Origin: Phycisphaeraceae bacterium
GTDB taxonomy: Bacteria > Planctomycetota > Phycisphaerae > Phycisphaerales > Phycisphaeraceae
Reading direction: 5' to 3'
Assembly (NCBI GenBank): GCA_963674705.1
Contig: OY771506.1
Span: forward strand, 2,432,001 to 2,496,000
DNA: 64,000 bases
Below, in pieces: positions 29,557 to 42,649 of the stretch. The notes under the pieces are model-generated. The model was not told where the DNA came from and ran no database searches. It saw only the letters and a program-made list of their open reading frames with translations. Position 1 is the first letter of the stretch. Every line of letters begins with the position of its first letter. The position numbers and the translations under genes are program-made.

Positions 29557-32500
29557 ATGAGTATGAACGTAAGTCGTATCATTCTGTACTCGGCCCTGTG
29601 CCTGTCGGTCACAGCCGGTTGTCAGTCGGGTAAGACGACTCGGCCTGCGGATCGGCCTTCACGCGTTACCAGCTTCTTTAACCGGGACCTGCTCAACGCG
29701 GAAATCGAACCGCCGCCGGGCATCAATGAAGAATTGATCGTTCCATTGCGTGGTGAAGCGCTATCAACAGCCAAGCTTTCGTTAAGACGTGTTCTCGCTT
29801 TCCAGCCGCGCCCGGCGTATCTGGACGCTCCGTCGACCTCACCGGTTGGCGGCGATCTCAATACCGAGCCACCTTTGGGGGCGCAACTGGCTTACGTTAA
29901 AGCGCGTACCGCCTGGCTTGAGGGGGATACGACCCAGGCCAAGCAGCAACTTGAGTCCGCGCTGCGTCTGGCGCCGAACGAGCCGACACTCTTACGCCTC
30001 CTGGGTGAGGTGTATTCCCGGACCGGCAATCGTGTCAAAGGTGCTTACTACTTTCGGCAAGCGGTTGAAATCGACCCAAACGACGCACGCAGCATCTACA
30101 TCCTTGGCCGATTTGCCGTCGAAAAAGGCGAGCACGGCGAAGCGATTGTTCTTTTTCACGACGCGCTGAACAAAGCAGAAGATAATCCCGCGCTCACCGA
30201 ATTGACGTTGCACTTCCTGGGCAACTCGCTGCGAAGCAGCGGCTATGTGTCGGCCGCGATCGAGCAGTTTGATCGCTACGTTGCTTCGACTGATGAGCCG
30301 ATCCAGGCGTCACGATTTGCACGCGATCAAACCTTGCTGCGTCGACAGATCGGGATCACCTATCAGCTTATGGGTGACCTGAACCTGTTGATGAATCGAC
30401 CCGCGATAGCGTTACAGGCGTACGACAAAGCGCTAGCCGCCGGCGTGCCTGACCCGGTCAAGGTCGATAAGCGTCGCATTTATGCATCGATGCTGAACCG
30501 TGACGCTGATCTGGCGCGTGAACTGGTGATCGAATTGCTGCGTCGGCAGCGGGGGGATGCACAATCGCTGGCGATGGTCCGTTACGCGGTCAACCAAGGC
30601 CTCAATGCACCCATGCTCGCCGGGGCGATCCAGGAGGTCTACCAATCCGAAGGCCGACCCGCCAATCTCGCAATCGCCGCGTCGGACATCCTCGCAGAGC
30701 CGGAAGCCAAGGCACTGCTGATTGCACATCTTGAGGAGAGCCCGGAAGACGCCCAAGTCTTTCAACGCTTACTCAAGTACTTCATGCTTCCTGTTGAACA
30801 GGCGCCTCACGATACGCAAACACTGGCGGAAGCCGCGGACTTGACCGCTCGCTTGATGGGTAAAGCCCCGGGGCTTGCGGATGAATACGCGTCTGCATTA
30901 GTGACACACGTGCCTGACGCACAGGCGCTGCTTGAAGCAATAGGTGATGCTGTACCAGATCAGCCCGACACCATGCGCACCGTGCTGCGTGGCTTGTGTC
31001 TTGCGGTGCAAGGCGACTTCGCTGCGGCTCAGCAGCAATTCGAGCTGGCTGTCAAGGATGCACCGGATTTGCAGGTGGCTCGGATCGAGCTTGCCAAGGC
31101 GCTGATTGTTCAGGATCAATTTGAACAGGCGGCTGAAGTCCTGGCGCCGTTGTCGGATTCCAGCGATACGGGTGTCATCCTCTTGCGTTCCCGCGTGCTT
31201 GCTGAGACGGATCGAGCGGAGGAAGCTGTCGATCTGATCGATCGGGTCATCCGGATGACCGGCGGGGACGCCAAACTTGTTATTTCCAAAGCCAACCTTG
31301 AGATCAAGCTTGGGCGGATCGAAGACGCGGAGCAAACCCTGCAGGATGCGCTCAACGCCCAGCCGACTTCCGAGCCGATCTACGAGGCGCTGCTCAGCTT
31401 GTACGATCCGGCCCCGGGCAAGCCATCCGTGGTGCAGGATCAGACAGCCAAGTGGCGCATCCTGGTCAAGCGTTTGCTGGGGACGATCCCCAATAGCCGA
31501 ACCGGTCGGCTCGTGCAGGCACAGCTTTATGATGCCAGCGGTCGCAACTATGACCGCGCCGCCGCGATCCTCGAAGGCTTGCTGGCGGAGAACCCCAACG
31601 ATGCCAAGGCGTTAACGCAGTTACTCGACACCTACCACGCAGCCGGCCGGACCGGTGAGGCGATCGCACTGCTTGAATCCCGGCTTGAAGCCAGCCCCGA
31701 GAACCCGTTACTCCTGCAGATCGCTTTGCGTTTCTACAGCCAGGCACGTGACCAGGAACGGCTGTTTGATATTCAACAGCGGCTGATCATGCTGCAGCCC
31801 GACACCCCTCAGCGCGCGGGTCAGCTTGGTTTGCTTTACGTGCAGGCAGGCAAGTACGCCGAGGCGATCGAGCAACTGGAATCCGCGCTGTCGGCAGATG
31901 ATGTAGAAAATCCGGTGCTTCTGTTGAATTTACTGGCAAATGCCCTCACGGAAGTGGGGGAGCTGGAGCTTGCTGAAAAACGCATCCGTAAGGCGGCGGA
32001 GCGCTTCCCAGAACATGAGGCGCAACTGCTATACCTGCTGGCGATGCGGTATGTCGATCAGGGTGATCAGAAAGCCAGTGAACAACTGCTCCGCGATATC
32101 CTTGCCAAGCACCCGGACCACGGCCCGTCGAATAACGGCCTTGGCTACGCGATGCTGATGCGTGATGAAGATCCCGGCAAGGCGCTGCAGATGATCCAAC
32201 GTGCCGTCGACAGCGATCCGGAAAACGATGCGTTCATGGATTCGCTAGGCTGGGCGTACTACAAGCTGGGCAAGTTTGAGGATGCCGAGGTCTGGCTGAG
32301 TAAAGCCAAGGAAGCGGCGATGCTCCGTTATCGCGCCGAGTCAGGCCGGGTTGGGTCCGCCACGCTTGCTGTGGTCAACGATCATTTGGGTGATACGTTG
32401 TATCAATTGGGTCGTGAGGCTGAAGCGATGCGTAGCTGGTCCGAGGCGGGCGGCCACATGCGTCGTGTCACGCCGGAAGAGAAGCAACTGGACCCCGAAC

Positions 32501-33015
32501 TGGAAGACCTGGTCCAACGGGTGACCGACAAGATCAAAGCCGTACGCGGCAAAACCCCCGTGCCTGTTGCGAATGTTCCCGAACCACCCAAGAAGGAAGT
32601 AGCCCCCAAGCAAGCCGACAAACCTGAGCAGGCAAAGAAGCCTGCTGCGCAACCGGAACCCGAATCCAAACCCGAACCAAAACCAGAAGCGAAAACCCAG
32701 CCCGAACCCAAACCTGATCCGAAGCCTGAAGCGAAACCCGAGCCGGAATCCAAACCCAAGGCCGACGAAACGTCGAGCGAGTCCAAGCCCCAACCCGAGC
32801 CGGATAAAGCGCCTGAGCAAAAACCCGAGTCCAAACCCCAACCGCAGCCTGAACCGGAACCCGTTGCGGAGCAATCACCGGCTCCTTCAACAGATACCCC
32901 TGAAGCACAACCGGATGTCCAGCAAAAGCCAGAATCTGACACCGAGGCTAAACCTGCAGACGATCCGGAGAAAGCACCCGCAGACGAGGCCGAACCTGCC
33001 CCCGCATCGTCTTGA
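29557..33015 (+). CDS. Large TPR-repeat lipoprotein with a Pro/Glu/Lys-rich tail
   Basis: Lipobox VTAG-C, many TPR units, a C-terminal NNGLGY...DSLGWAYYK.G...DHLGD block of the kind seen in LbcA-type TPR proteins, and a PEPK-rich tail. Confidence 0.8.
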   Translation: MSMNVSRIILYSALCLSVTAGCQSGKTTRPADRPSRVTSFFNRDLLNAEIEPPPGINEELIVPLRGEALSTAKLSLRRVLAFQPRPAYLDAPSTSPVGGDLNTEPPLGAQLAYVKARTAWLEGDTTQAKQQLESALRLAPNEPTLLRLLGEVYSRTGNRVKGAYYFRQAVEIDPNDARSIYILGRFAVEKGEHGEAIVLFHDALNKAEDNPALTELTLHFLGNSLRSSGYVSAAIEQFDRYVASTDEPIQASRFARDQTLLRRQIGITYQLMGDLNLLMNRPAIALQAYDKALAAGVPDPVKVDKRRIYASMLNRDADLARELVIELLRRQRGDAQSLAMVRYAVNQGLNAPMLAGAIQEVYQSEGRPANLAIAASDILAEPEAKALLIAHLEESPEDAQVFQRLLKYFMLPVEQAPHDTQTLAEAADLTARLMGKAPGLADEYASALVTHVPDAQALLEAIGDAVPDQPDTMRTVLRGLCLAVQGDFAAAQQQFELAVKDAPDLQVARIELAKALIVQDQFEQAAEVLAPLSDSSDTGVILLRSRVLAETDRAEEAVDLIDRVIRMTGGDAKLVISKANLEIKLGRIEDAEQTLQDALNAQPTSEPIYEALLSLYDPAPGKPSVVQDQTAKWRILVKRLLGTIPNSRTGRLVQAQLYDASGRNYDRAAAILEGLLAENPNDAKALTQLLDTYHAAGRTGEAIALLESRLEASPENPLLLQIALRFYSQARDQERLFDIQQRLIMLQPDTPQRAGQLGLLYVQAGKYAEAIEQLESALSADDVENPVLLLNLLANALTEVGELELAEKRIRKAAERFPEHEAQLLYLLAMRYVDQGDQKASEQLLRDILAKHPDHGPSNNGLGYAMLMRDEDPGKALQMIQRAVDSDPENDAFMDSLGWAYYKLGKFEDAEVWLSKAKEAAMLRYRAESGRVGSATLAVVNDHLGDTLYQLGREAEAMRSWSEAGGHMRRVTPEEKQLDPELEDLVQRVTDKIKAVRGKTPVPVANVPEPPKKEVAPKQADKPEQAKKPAAQPEPESKPEPKPEAKTQPEPKPDPKPEAKPEPESKPKADETSSESKPQPEPDKAPEQKPESKPQPQPEPEPVAEQSPAPSTDTPEAQPDVQQKPESDTEAKPADDPEKAPADEAEPAPASS

Positions 33016-33100
33016 TCCGATCCTCCAAATCATCGCAAAATAAACGCTTGGCGAAGCCTTTTCCGCAGCCATAAAACAGCGGACAAGCCCCTCTTTCTAG

Positions 33101-35800
<2,700 letters not shown>

Positions 35801-35980
35801 AACATCCTGTTTTCTGGATGCAGCAGGTGGGTCTCGATCTGTGCGCTTGAGGCGCTCCACACTTTGGGCCTTCATTTTTCATTTACATCTGATAATATCT
35901 GACTGACACATCGGCTATCGCATATCGGGGCCGGTGCGTTATGATGCTCGCATATGATCTGATATTAGGGGACATTGAAA

Positions 35981-36532
35981 ATGCAAGAACCCGGCCACTT
36001 TAACGCCTTTGACACCTCGCCCGAACCATCGCCGCAGCGTAAAGGGATGCCTTGGTGGGGGTGGTTGATCATTACAGGTGTTGTCGTCATTGTGTTGCCT
36101 TGCTTCGGTTGCGTTGGGTGGTTTGCGTATGTCGTTACCGTCGCACCGGAAACGAGCGTATACACCGGCAACCAGGTGCCCCAGCGCTTTCTTGATACGG
36201 CCGCGGATGTCGGTGCGCTTGAGCCTGATGAGAAGATCAAGTTCTTCTACTCCGATGCGATATCCGATATCCGTGATGGTTTTTACTTTGTCAGTAATAA
36301 ACGGGTTGTGATCTACAGCGAAGACGATTCGACACAACCACTGACGGTCGTCGAGTTCGACCAGATCGAAGAGGCCAGCCTGGTGCGTGACACATCCTTC
36401 ATCAATGACAGCACGATATACATTGACCTGAAAGATGGTACGCCGATCTCGTTCCCGGTTTCCAGTGAGAATGACGGCGATGTCCGTTTCTTCGAAGCCA
36501 TCGAGGATAGCTACGATGCGCCGGACAATTAA
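35981..36532 (+). CDS. Hypothetical single-TM membrane protein with a beta-rich (PH-like) domain
   Basis: WWGWLIITGVVVIVLPCFGCVGWF hydrophobic segment followed by an acidic beta-rich domain. Confidence 0.6.
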   Translation: MQEPGHFNAFDTSPEPSPQRKGMPWWGWLIITGVVVIVLPCFGCVGWFAYVVTVAPETSVYTGNQVPQRFLDTAADVGALEPDEKIKFFYSDAISDIRDGFYFVSNKRVVIYSEDDSTQPLTVVEFDQIEEASLVRDTSFINDSTIYIDLKDGTPISFPVSSENDGDVRFFEAIEDSYDAPDN

Positions 36533-36569
36533 GGTGCGTTAAACCACTTCAGGGTGAGAAAGGCTTGCC

Positions 36570-36947
36570 ATGCGTCTGGAAACAACCGACCGGGTTTTTG
36601 AATCGATCGACGATTACACCATCACCGAGGCGGTGAACGCTGTAGCGGAGATGAAGACGGAGTTTGCGATCCTGACGCTGGACGACGGCTCATTCATGCA
36701 GACCGCCGGCGGGACCAAGGGCATGGTCCTGGAATACCGCGAAAACCAAAGCGACGAACACTTCACCGCCAGCGGCGAAAAACTGTCTGCTGAAGATGTG
36801 ATCGCAGCGTTTGAGTCATTCGCCAGTGGTGACGATGCATACAAACAAGCGGCCGACTGGCAACCGCTTGAAGAAAAAGCCACAGGCTGCGGCAGCGCGG
36901 TCCTGCTGCTGATTGCGTTGCCATCGCTGGCGTATCTGTTGAGTTAA
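36570..36947 (+). CDS. Hypothetical protein with a C-terminal hydrophobic anchor
   Basis: AAAGG SD, codon usage like its neighbours, and C-terminal GCGSAVLLLIALPSLAYLLS. Confidence 0.6.
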   Translation: MRLETTDRVFESIDDYTITEAVNAVAEMKTEFAILTLDDGSFMQTAGGTKGMVLEYRENQSDEHFTASGEKLSAEDVIAAFESFASGDDAYKQAADWQPLEEKATGCGSAVLLLIALPSLAYLLS

Positions 36948-36959
36948 ATCACATCTAAG

Positions 36960-37760
36960 TCAGGCCGGTTGTGTTCCACGCTGATATCGCACGATCTCAC
37001 GCGACAGGTCGGCCATGGTTTTGAGGCCTTCGATCTCGACACGAGTTGGAGGCAGGTATGAACTGATCCTCAACACAACCGATATGACTGTGAAAAGTAT
37101 TAACCAGTTTACCCAACTGATCAATGAGAAACCGAGAAACCAGCAGAATAAACTGAGTAAACCGCCCGACAATGTTAACATCCACAATGTGCCTGCAAGA
37201 GCGTTCAATTTTGAATAAGAGATCCTTAATCGAGATGCCAGTTGAGGGTTGATTTTAAATAACGCTTTACTGAATTCATCCGGGTTCCCACGTGCGATAC
37301 TGTTGATTGTGTCGGAAGGTCTGAACTGATAGGGTTCATGCATTGGTTTGGTCATGGCTAATCTGAAAGCCAGAAAAACCCCTGCCTCTTCACATGTCTG
37401 GCCAGCGATCCTTAATGGCGTGGGATCGAGTATCCGCACATTATGCTCTACAGCAAACCGACAGACATCTCGAATCGTTTTTTGTTTGGGTTTGTTTACA
37501 AACGTATACCACGCGTCAATATCGCAGTCCAAATGATAGTAATCGTGTAACCACTCGTACATGCCCGTCAAATCGAAGTAAGGCCCCCAAATATCATTAA
37601 AGGCATCCGACCAGTGATGCAAGCTCATTTCAGGGCCGAATGTGTGCTTGGGATTGGGCACGAAAAAGACGCTATGCGTCGCTGCCTCAAACGCAGCGAA
37701 GATATCCGCCTCGGTTGCAGGTCGGTAATTAAGTGGATAGTTGTCCCAGGTGGCTGGCAT
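36960..37760 (-). CDS. Hypothetical membrane protein (two TM helices), AT-richer than the flanks
   Basis: Strong AAGGAGG SD and two hydrophobic helices near the C-terminus. Confidence 0.65.
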   Translation of the reverse strand: MPATWDNYPLNYRPATEADIFAAFEAATHSVFFVPNPKHTFGPEMSLHHWSDAFNDIWGPYFDLTGMYEWLHDYYHLDCDIDAWYTFVNKPKQKTIRDVCRFAVEHNVRILDPTPLRIAGQTCEEAGVFLAFRLAMTKPMHEPYQFRPSDTINSIARGNPDEFSKALFKINPQLASRLRISYSKLNALAGTLWMLTLSGGLLSLFCWFLGFSLISWVNWLILFTVISVVLRISSYLPPTRVEIEGLKTMADLSREIVRYQRGTQPA

Positions 37761-37868
37761 GGCGGGCCTCCTTTGGATTCAGGATAACGATATGTTGGAC
37801 ACAATCCAAGCTAAACATGGCGATCTGCGATCGCCCGCTAAACATTGCGTCATTATTGCTTTTCTGTC

Positions 37869-37893
37869 ATAGCCGCGTTGCGACGCAACGCGG
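37869..37893. repeat. REP-like palindrome
   Basis: ATAG-CCGCGTTGC-GAC-GCAACGCGG. Confidence 0.5.
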
Positions 37894-37926
37894 GCAGTGA
37901 ACCAAGCGTATCGATTAACACATGCC

Positions 37927-37960
37927 AATAAAAAATCCCGCCGAATGAATCCGACGGGAT
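37927..37960 (-). terminator. Intrinsic terminator of rplM-rpsI
   Basis: Minus strand ATCCCGTCGGA-loop-TTCGGCGGGAT followed by TTTTTATT. Confidence 0.8.
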
Positions 37961-37986
37961 CGTGTGGTCTGGTTTGGTAAGCGTGA

Positions 37987-38460
37987 TTAACGCTTGGAGA
38001 ACTGGAAGCGACGGCGGGCGCCGGGCTGGCCGGGCTTCTTGCGTTCGACTTCGCGGGGGTCGCGGGTCAGCAGGTTATGTGAACGCAGCGTGGCTTCGAG
38101 CGTCGGGTCATAACCCTTGAGGGCACGGGCGACGCCGAGGAGGATGGCCTCGGCCTGGCCGGTGATGCCGCCGCCGCTGACGTTGACATGCACGTCCAGC
38201 TTGCCGGCGGTGTCGGTGACTTCCAGCGGCTTCTGGCAGGCAGCCTTGTGCTGCAACTCGGAGAAGTACTCGTTGACGTCACGCTTATTGACGAGGAACT
38301 TGCCTTCGCCGGGCTTGACGCGGACGCGGGCCACGGAAGATTTACGTCGGCCGGTGCCCCAGACGAAGCCGCCCTTGTCAGGCTTGGCGGGCTCGGACAG
38401 CGGGCGTGTCTGCTCTTCAGCGGGGGTTTGCATCAGTGTCGAGGTCAGTTCTTCAGACAT
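37987..38460 (-). CDS. rpsI: 30S ribosomal protein S9
   Basis: GTGRRKSSVARV, GGG.TGQA.AI..GVARAL and LTRDPREVERKKPG...AR..FQFSKR. Confidence 0.98.
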   Translation of the reverse strand: MSEELTSTLMQTPAEEQTRPLSEPAKPDKGGFVWGTGRRKSSVARVRVKPGEGKFLVNKRDVNEYFSELQHKAACQKPLEVTDTAGKLDVHVNVSGGGITGQAEAILLGVARALKGYDPTLEATLRSHNLLTRDPREVERKKPGQPGARRRFQFSKR

Positions 38461-38549
38461 CGGTTGGGGTCTCGGGTGAGTTTAGGGTCTAGGTCGGTGT
38501 TGGGCCGCGTGCTGAAGCACGCTCGCCTCAGATATACCGGGGCCGGGGG

Positions 38550-38993
38550 TTACGCGGATTGCAGTTCCAAGGGTTTGGGGTCTTGAGCCTGATGCGGATG
38601 TTCCGGGCCGGCGTAGACCTTGAGCTTCTTGAGCATCGCAACGCCCATCTTGCTCTTGGGCAGCATCCTGCGGACGGCTTCGACAACCAGCAGTTCGGGC
38701 TTCGAGTCAACCATCTGACGATAGGTGAAGGTCTTCTGCCCGCCGGGGTGGCCGGAGTAGGTGCGGTAAAGCTTCTGGTCGAGCTTGTTGCCGGTCAGCT
38801 TGATCTTCTCGGCATTGGTCACGACCACGAAGTCGCCCACATCGTGATGCGGCGTGTACTGCGGCTTGTGCTTGCCCATGAGGATAGTTGCCAGGCGGGT
38901 CGCCATGCGTCCGAGCACCTGGTCCGTGGCGTCGACGATGTGCCAATCCTGTGGCACCTCGTTGTTTTTAGCGTGGAAAGTCTGCCGATTCAT
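38550..38993 (-). CDS. rplM: 50S ribosomal protein L13
   Basis: WHIVDA...LGR.AT..A..L.GKHKP.YTPH.D.GD.VVV.NAEK, AV.RMLPK and KLKVYAG.EHPH.AQ.P. Confidence 0.98.
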   Translation of the reverse strand: MNRQTFHAKNNEVPQDWHIVDATDQVLGRMATRLATILMGKHKPQYTPHHDVGDFVVVTNAEKIKLTGNKLDQKLYRTYSGHPGGQKTFTYRQMVDSKPELLVVEAVRRMLPKSKMGVAMLKKLKVYAGPEHPHQAQDPKPLELQSA

Positions 38994-39036
38994 CGGTTTA
39001 AGTCCGTATCTATGCGGTTGGATAATCGAATCGGTC

Positions 39037-39064
39037 ATTGTAGTGAGCAGACCGGTGCTGTCAA
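39037..39064 (-). promoter_or_regulatory. Sigma70-type promoter of rplM-rpsI
   Basis: TTGACA-N16-TACAAT on the minus strand, about 45 nt before the rplM ATG. Confidence 0.7.
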
Positions 39065-39134
39065 ACGTGGATGGGCGCGGTTCAGTTCCATCCCGGCCGG
39101 CTCAAGATACCTAACATAATGGTAACAAATAGGT

Positions 39135-41279
39135 TTATATTGCCGGTTCGAGTTCTTGAGAGTCACCGGCCTGGTCGAATATCTCGGTGCCATCTGTGGG
39201 TGGCGTGGGGAAAGATGCCCCGCAATGCTCACAGGCCATGCGGTCGACCCGTCGGGGCTTGCCACAATCCTGGCAGCGTAGCCGGGCGGGCCAGTCCTGC
39301 ATGCACAGCATCAACAGGATGCCGCAGGGCCCAAGCAGCAGGCCAAGTACCGCCCAGACTGTCTTAGGCACAGCCGCCAGCGCATTACGATGGCCGATCC
39401 ACAAGTTACCCACGAGACCCGCGATAGCTCCAATGAGCATGCACAAACCCATAACGATGTCGAGAGAGTTTTTCAGCAACGCTTGCGTGTACCCGATTTC
39501 CGTATACATGTACGTCGGCAAGGCAGTAAGTAATAACAGGGGCGCGGGCGGTGAGATCAACCCCCAGTATGGCTCGATGGTGGTGTCTATGTTTGGCCAC
39601 CTGTAAAAAGTGCGCGTGTCTGTGGGTAGTTCAAATGAGGAGATCAAACCCTGATTTACATCAAATATCTCAACCCTGTAAGGAGGGGTCGTGCTTTCCT
39701 TGTCATCTTCATCAATCGCATCCGAATCGGGGTTGAACCAGAGCACATAGCGATCCGGCTCGTCAAGCTTGTAGATATGCATCCAGCCATATGTTGCCGT
39801 ATCAACTTCGGGCACATGCCTGGCGAGTATGTTCATGTTGTTATCCAACAGGATGAGCCCATGGTTGGTTGAGATGGCATAACCCGCGTACTCGTAGTCA
39901 GTCTCCTGAGCTTCCATACCCATCCCGTAGCCACCCATCATGCCATAGGGCGAGTGGTTGATGTATTTTACGATACTTCCGATCTGAATGATCTGGTCGT
40001 TATCTTCGGGCTCAAACAATTCTATGGCGGTTCTCAGTGTGAGATTTACTTGATAGATTGCTTTGGTTGTGGCAAACAATCCGAAGATAGGTCCTTCCGG
40101 ATTCTGCCACAGCCGTTCTCCAGCAAACCGATCGGTTCGTGTTTCACCCGGCTTGGCGAAGCCTTCGGGGCCGATACTGCCAATCAGCGTTCGAGTCGGG
40201 ATGTTGTATCCCACGAAACGCCCGACGTCCGGCAGGTAATACCAAGTTTCCTGCTCAACCGTCCCGAGGTTGGCTCTCAGGTGGCGGATCTGATACCGGT
40301 AACGATAATCGCGTATTCGGATATCTGATGGTTTGATGATCAGGGTTGTCTGGGGCGGCGTCAACTGCTCGAGTGGATCTTTTGCACCGGGTATTGGGAT
40401 CATGTCGGGGATCGGATTACCTTCCTTGTCGTCAACAGCGATGCGCTCTGTGCCAAGAGATTTGATCACAGCGATACGTCCGTCACGTAACGGCTTATAG
40501 GAGAGTCGCTCCATCGGTTGCATCTGTGTATCGGTATGCGGGGGTGCAGGCAGAAAAGAAGCCACGGTGATGACGATGAACACGCCGGATAAAACCAAGC
40601 CTATAAGCAAGACACACGTTAGTGAGGTTTTGGAGAAAACACCTTGTGCGCGTATCTCACCACCTTTGATGAACGCCCCACGAACCGAGGTAACCATGAC
40701 GATGTCGAATACCACGATGGTCAGGATCGCCAGCTTGGCAATCGGTATAACGAGTACGAGAAATGTACAGAACAACGCCGCCACAAGCGGCAGACACCGG
40801 CTGGCGTACCAACGAGCGGATCGGCGTGCCACCAGCATCCCGGCGAAGTAGTAGGGCGTGCCCGCGAGGATATCTATGCATCCCGGAATAGTCATCTGCC
40901 AGTAAAACGGTCCAGCAACATTCCCGGGAATCTGCACCCAAACGACGCACAACATGAACGGGATCAGCATGGCGGCAAAATAGAGTGACAGACCCGCGAC
41001 GACCTTGCCCATGAACAACCGCTCGCGGCTGATCGGCCTATGCACCAGCACCGCCCAGTGGCCTTGACGCGTTTCGAAGATGACCTGTAAGAAACCAATA
41101 GCCGTGCCGATGATGGCGCCGATGCACGCGATCAATCCGGTGAACTCGTCCTCGGCGATTGTCTCCTGGGTGCGCACATTTTGGGCCAGCACCAACGTCA
41201 TCATCAATCCCGCACCGATCATCCCCAACAGCGCCCAGCCAATGTTCTCACGCCATTCTTTCCAGAGGATCGTTTTCAT
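39135..41279 (-). CDS. ABC-2-type permease with a large extracytoplasmic domain and C-terminal zinc ribbon
   Basis: ILWKEWRE start, E...G.W..L.HRPISR..LF.GK, multiple TM helices and CQDC...CEHC. Overlaps the ATPase gene by 4 nt. Confidence 0.85.
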   Translation of the reverse strand: MKTILWKEWRENIGWALLGMIGAGLMMTLVLAQNVRTQETIAEDEFTGLIACIGAIIGTAIGFLQVIFETRQGHWAVLVHRPISRERLFMGKVVAGLSLYFAAMLIPFMLCVVWVQIPGNVAGPFYWQMTIPGCIDILAGTPYYFAGMLVARRSARWYASRCLPLVAALFCTFLVLVIPIAKLAILTIVVFDIVMVTSVRGAFIKGGEIRAQGVFSKTSLTCVLLIGLVLSGVFIVITVASFLPAPPHTDTQMQPMERLSYKPLRDGRIAVIKSLGTERIAVDDKEGNPIPDMIPIPGAKDPLEQLTPPQTTLIIKPSDIRIRDYRYRYQIRHLRANLGTVEQETWYYLPDVGRFVGYNIPTRTLIGSIGPEGFAKPGETRTDRFAGERLWQNPEGPIFGLFATTKAIYQVNLTLRTAIELFEPEDNDQIIQIGSIVKYINHSPYGMMGGYGMGMEAQETDYEYAGYAISTNHGLILLDNNMNILARHVPEVDTATYGWMHIYKLDEPDRYVLWFNPDSDAIDEDDKESTTPPYRVEIFDVNQGLISSFELPTDTRTFYRWPNIDTTIEPYWGLISPPAPLLLLTALPTYMYTEIGYTQALLKNSLDIVMGLCMLIGAIAGLVGNLWIGHRNALAAVPKTVWAVLGLLLGPCGILLMLCMQDWPARLRCQDCGKPRRVDRMACEHCGASFPTPPTDGTEIFDQAGDSQELEPAI

Positions 41280-42211
41280 TGTGAGGCCCCCACCTTATCG
41301 AAGAAGGATGTTCGTTCGCCCTTGTCACCCAGATAAGCCAGGAACGCTTCTTCCAGGCCCAGCGGGACCTGTTCGATTGAGCTTGCGCCGACATGGTTTA
41401 ATGCTTCATCTACTTCACCGTTGGCGTTAACCAGTGTCAGTTTCAGTTCGTTGCCTATATGCACACAGTGCAACATGCCCGGCATGCTCATAACGCGAGC
41501 CGAGTCAATGGGCACATCTTCGTAGCGCAGAATCACTTGACGAATCTGCTTACGGAAGGTCTCGACGCAGCAACAGGCTTTGAGCACATTGTGGTCCAGC
41601 ACCGCGATGCGGTCGGCGACGCGTTCCACATCGGATAGCAGGTGTGATGAGAAGAAGATCGTGCATCGCTTTTCACGGGTGACGTAGATCATCGATTCCA
41701 GAAACGCGTGTCTCGCAACGGGATCAAGCCCCAGTGCCGGATCGTCAAGGATCAACAGTTCCGGCTCGGTTGCCAGCGTCAACGCCAGGCACAATCCGGC
41801 TCTCATGCCGCGAGACAGATTCTTCACCTTGTCATCCGGCCCGATCCCAAAGTGCTCGAGCACGGCCTCGAACAGGTCCTTGTTCCATTTTGGGTAGGTC
41901 CCGCTCTGAAAACGTCCGGCTTCCTTGGCTTTCATCCAGCGGTAGAAGGGGTGGCCCTCCGGCATATAGCCGATCTTACCGCGGACATTGTCCGGTAGTT
42001 GTTGACTGTCGTGGCCGAAGATTGTTGCGCTTCCCCGTGTCGGGTCCAGCAATCCAAGCAGCATGCGGATCGCCGTGGTCTTGCCTGAACCGTTGCGCCC
42101 GAGGAATCCGAACACGCAGCCGCGCGGCACCTGCATGGACAGTTCCAACAATGCACACTTGGAGCCGAAGTACTTCGTCAGCCTGTCAGTCTGAATGACG
42201 GTGTCGGTCAT
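41276..42211 (-). CDS. ABC transporter ATP-binding protein (YtrB/CcmA-like)
   Basis: GRNGSGKTT Walker A, LSRGM signature, LILDDP..GLDP and SSH. Confidence 0.93.
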   Translation of the reverse strand: MTDTVIQTDRLTKYFGSKCALLELSMQVPRGCVFGFLGRNGSGKTTAIRMLLGLLDPTRGSATIFGHDSQQLPDNVRGKIGYMPEGHPFYRWMKAKEAGRFQSGTYPKWNKDLFEAVLEHFGIGPDDKVKNLSRGMRAGLCLALTLATEPELLILDDPALGLDPVARHAFLESMIYVTREKRCTIFFSSHLLSDVERVADRIAVLDHNVLKACCCVETFRKQIRQVILRYEDVPIDSARVMSMPGMLHCVHIGNELKLTLVNANGEVDEALNHVGASSIEQVPLGLEEAFLAYLGDKGERTSFFDKVGASQ

Positions 42212-42618
42212 GGCTTTTCTCCGGAAGCAGGAGGTTTGCCCACCTGTTTCAAGGCTTGATCGAGCCGTTTGTGAAGTTCGCTGTTGTCCAGGTCAAGCAT
42301 CACGGACTGCTCCGCCAGTGCGTCAAGAAGTGGTTGAATCCGTCGCACACGCTCGGACTTGGTCAAGACGTCGCGCTTGTCTGTAATGAACATGCCCCGG
42401 CCGGGTTGGGACTCGATGACGCCATCGCGACGCAATTCGTTGTAGGCCTTGGCGACGGTATTGGGATTGATGACCAGCCGTTCGGCGAGCGTGCGGACGC
42501 TGGGGATGGCGTCGCCGGGTTGCATCTCACCGGTCGCCGCCGCCAGGCAGATCTGATCGACGATCTGGCGGTAGATCGGTGTGGGCGAGCCGGTCTTGAT
42601 GGTCAGGTTAGGTTTCAT
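42208..42618 (-). CDS. GntR family transcriptional regulator, YtrA subfamily
   Basis: PIYRQI..QI, PSVR.LA..L.INPNTVAKAY.EL..DG.I....GRG.F and a short C-terminal helix pair. Confidence 0.93.
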   Translation of the reverse strand: MKPNLTIKTGSPTPIYRQIVDQICLAAATGEMQPGDAIPSVRTLAERLVINPNTVAKAYNELRRDGVIESQPGRGMFITDKRDVLTKSERVRRIQPLLDALAEQSVMLDLDNSELHKRLDQALKQVGKPPASGEKP

Positions 42619-42624
42619 AGTATA

Positions 42625-42649
42625 ACTGTACTAGTACGACTAGTACAGT
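42625..42649. promoter_or_regulatory. YtrA-type GntR operator overlapping the -10 box
   Basis: ACTGTACTAGT-ACG-ACTAGTACAGT: perfect 11-bp inverted arms with TGTA-N13-TACA geometry, as for the B. subtilis YtrA site. Confidence 0.8.
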
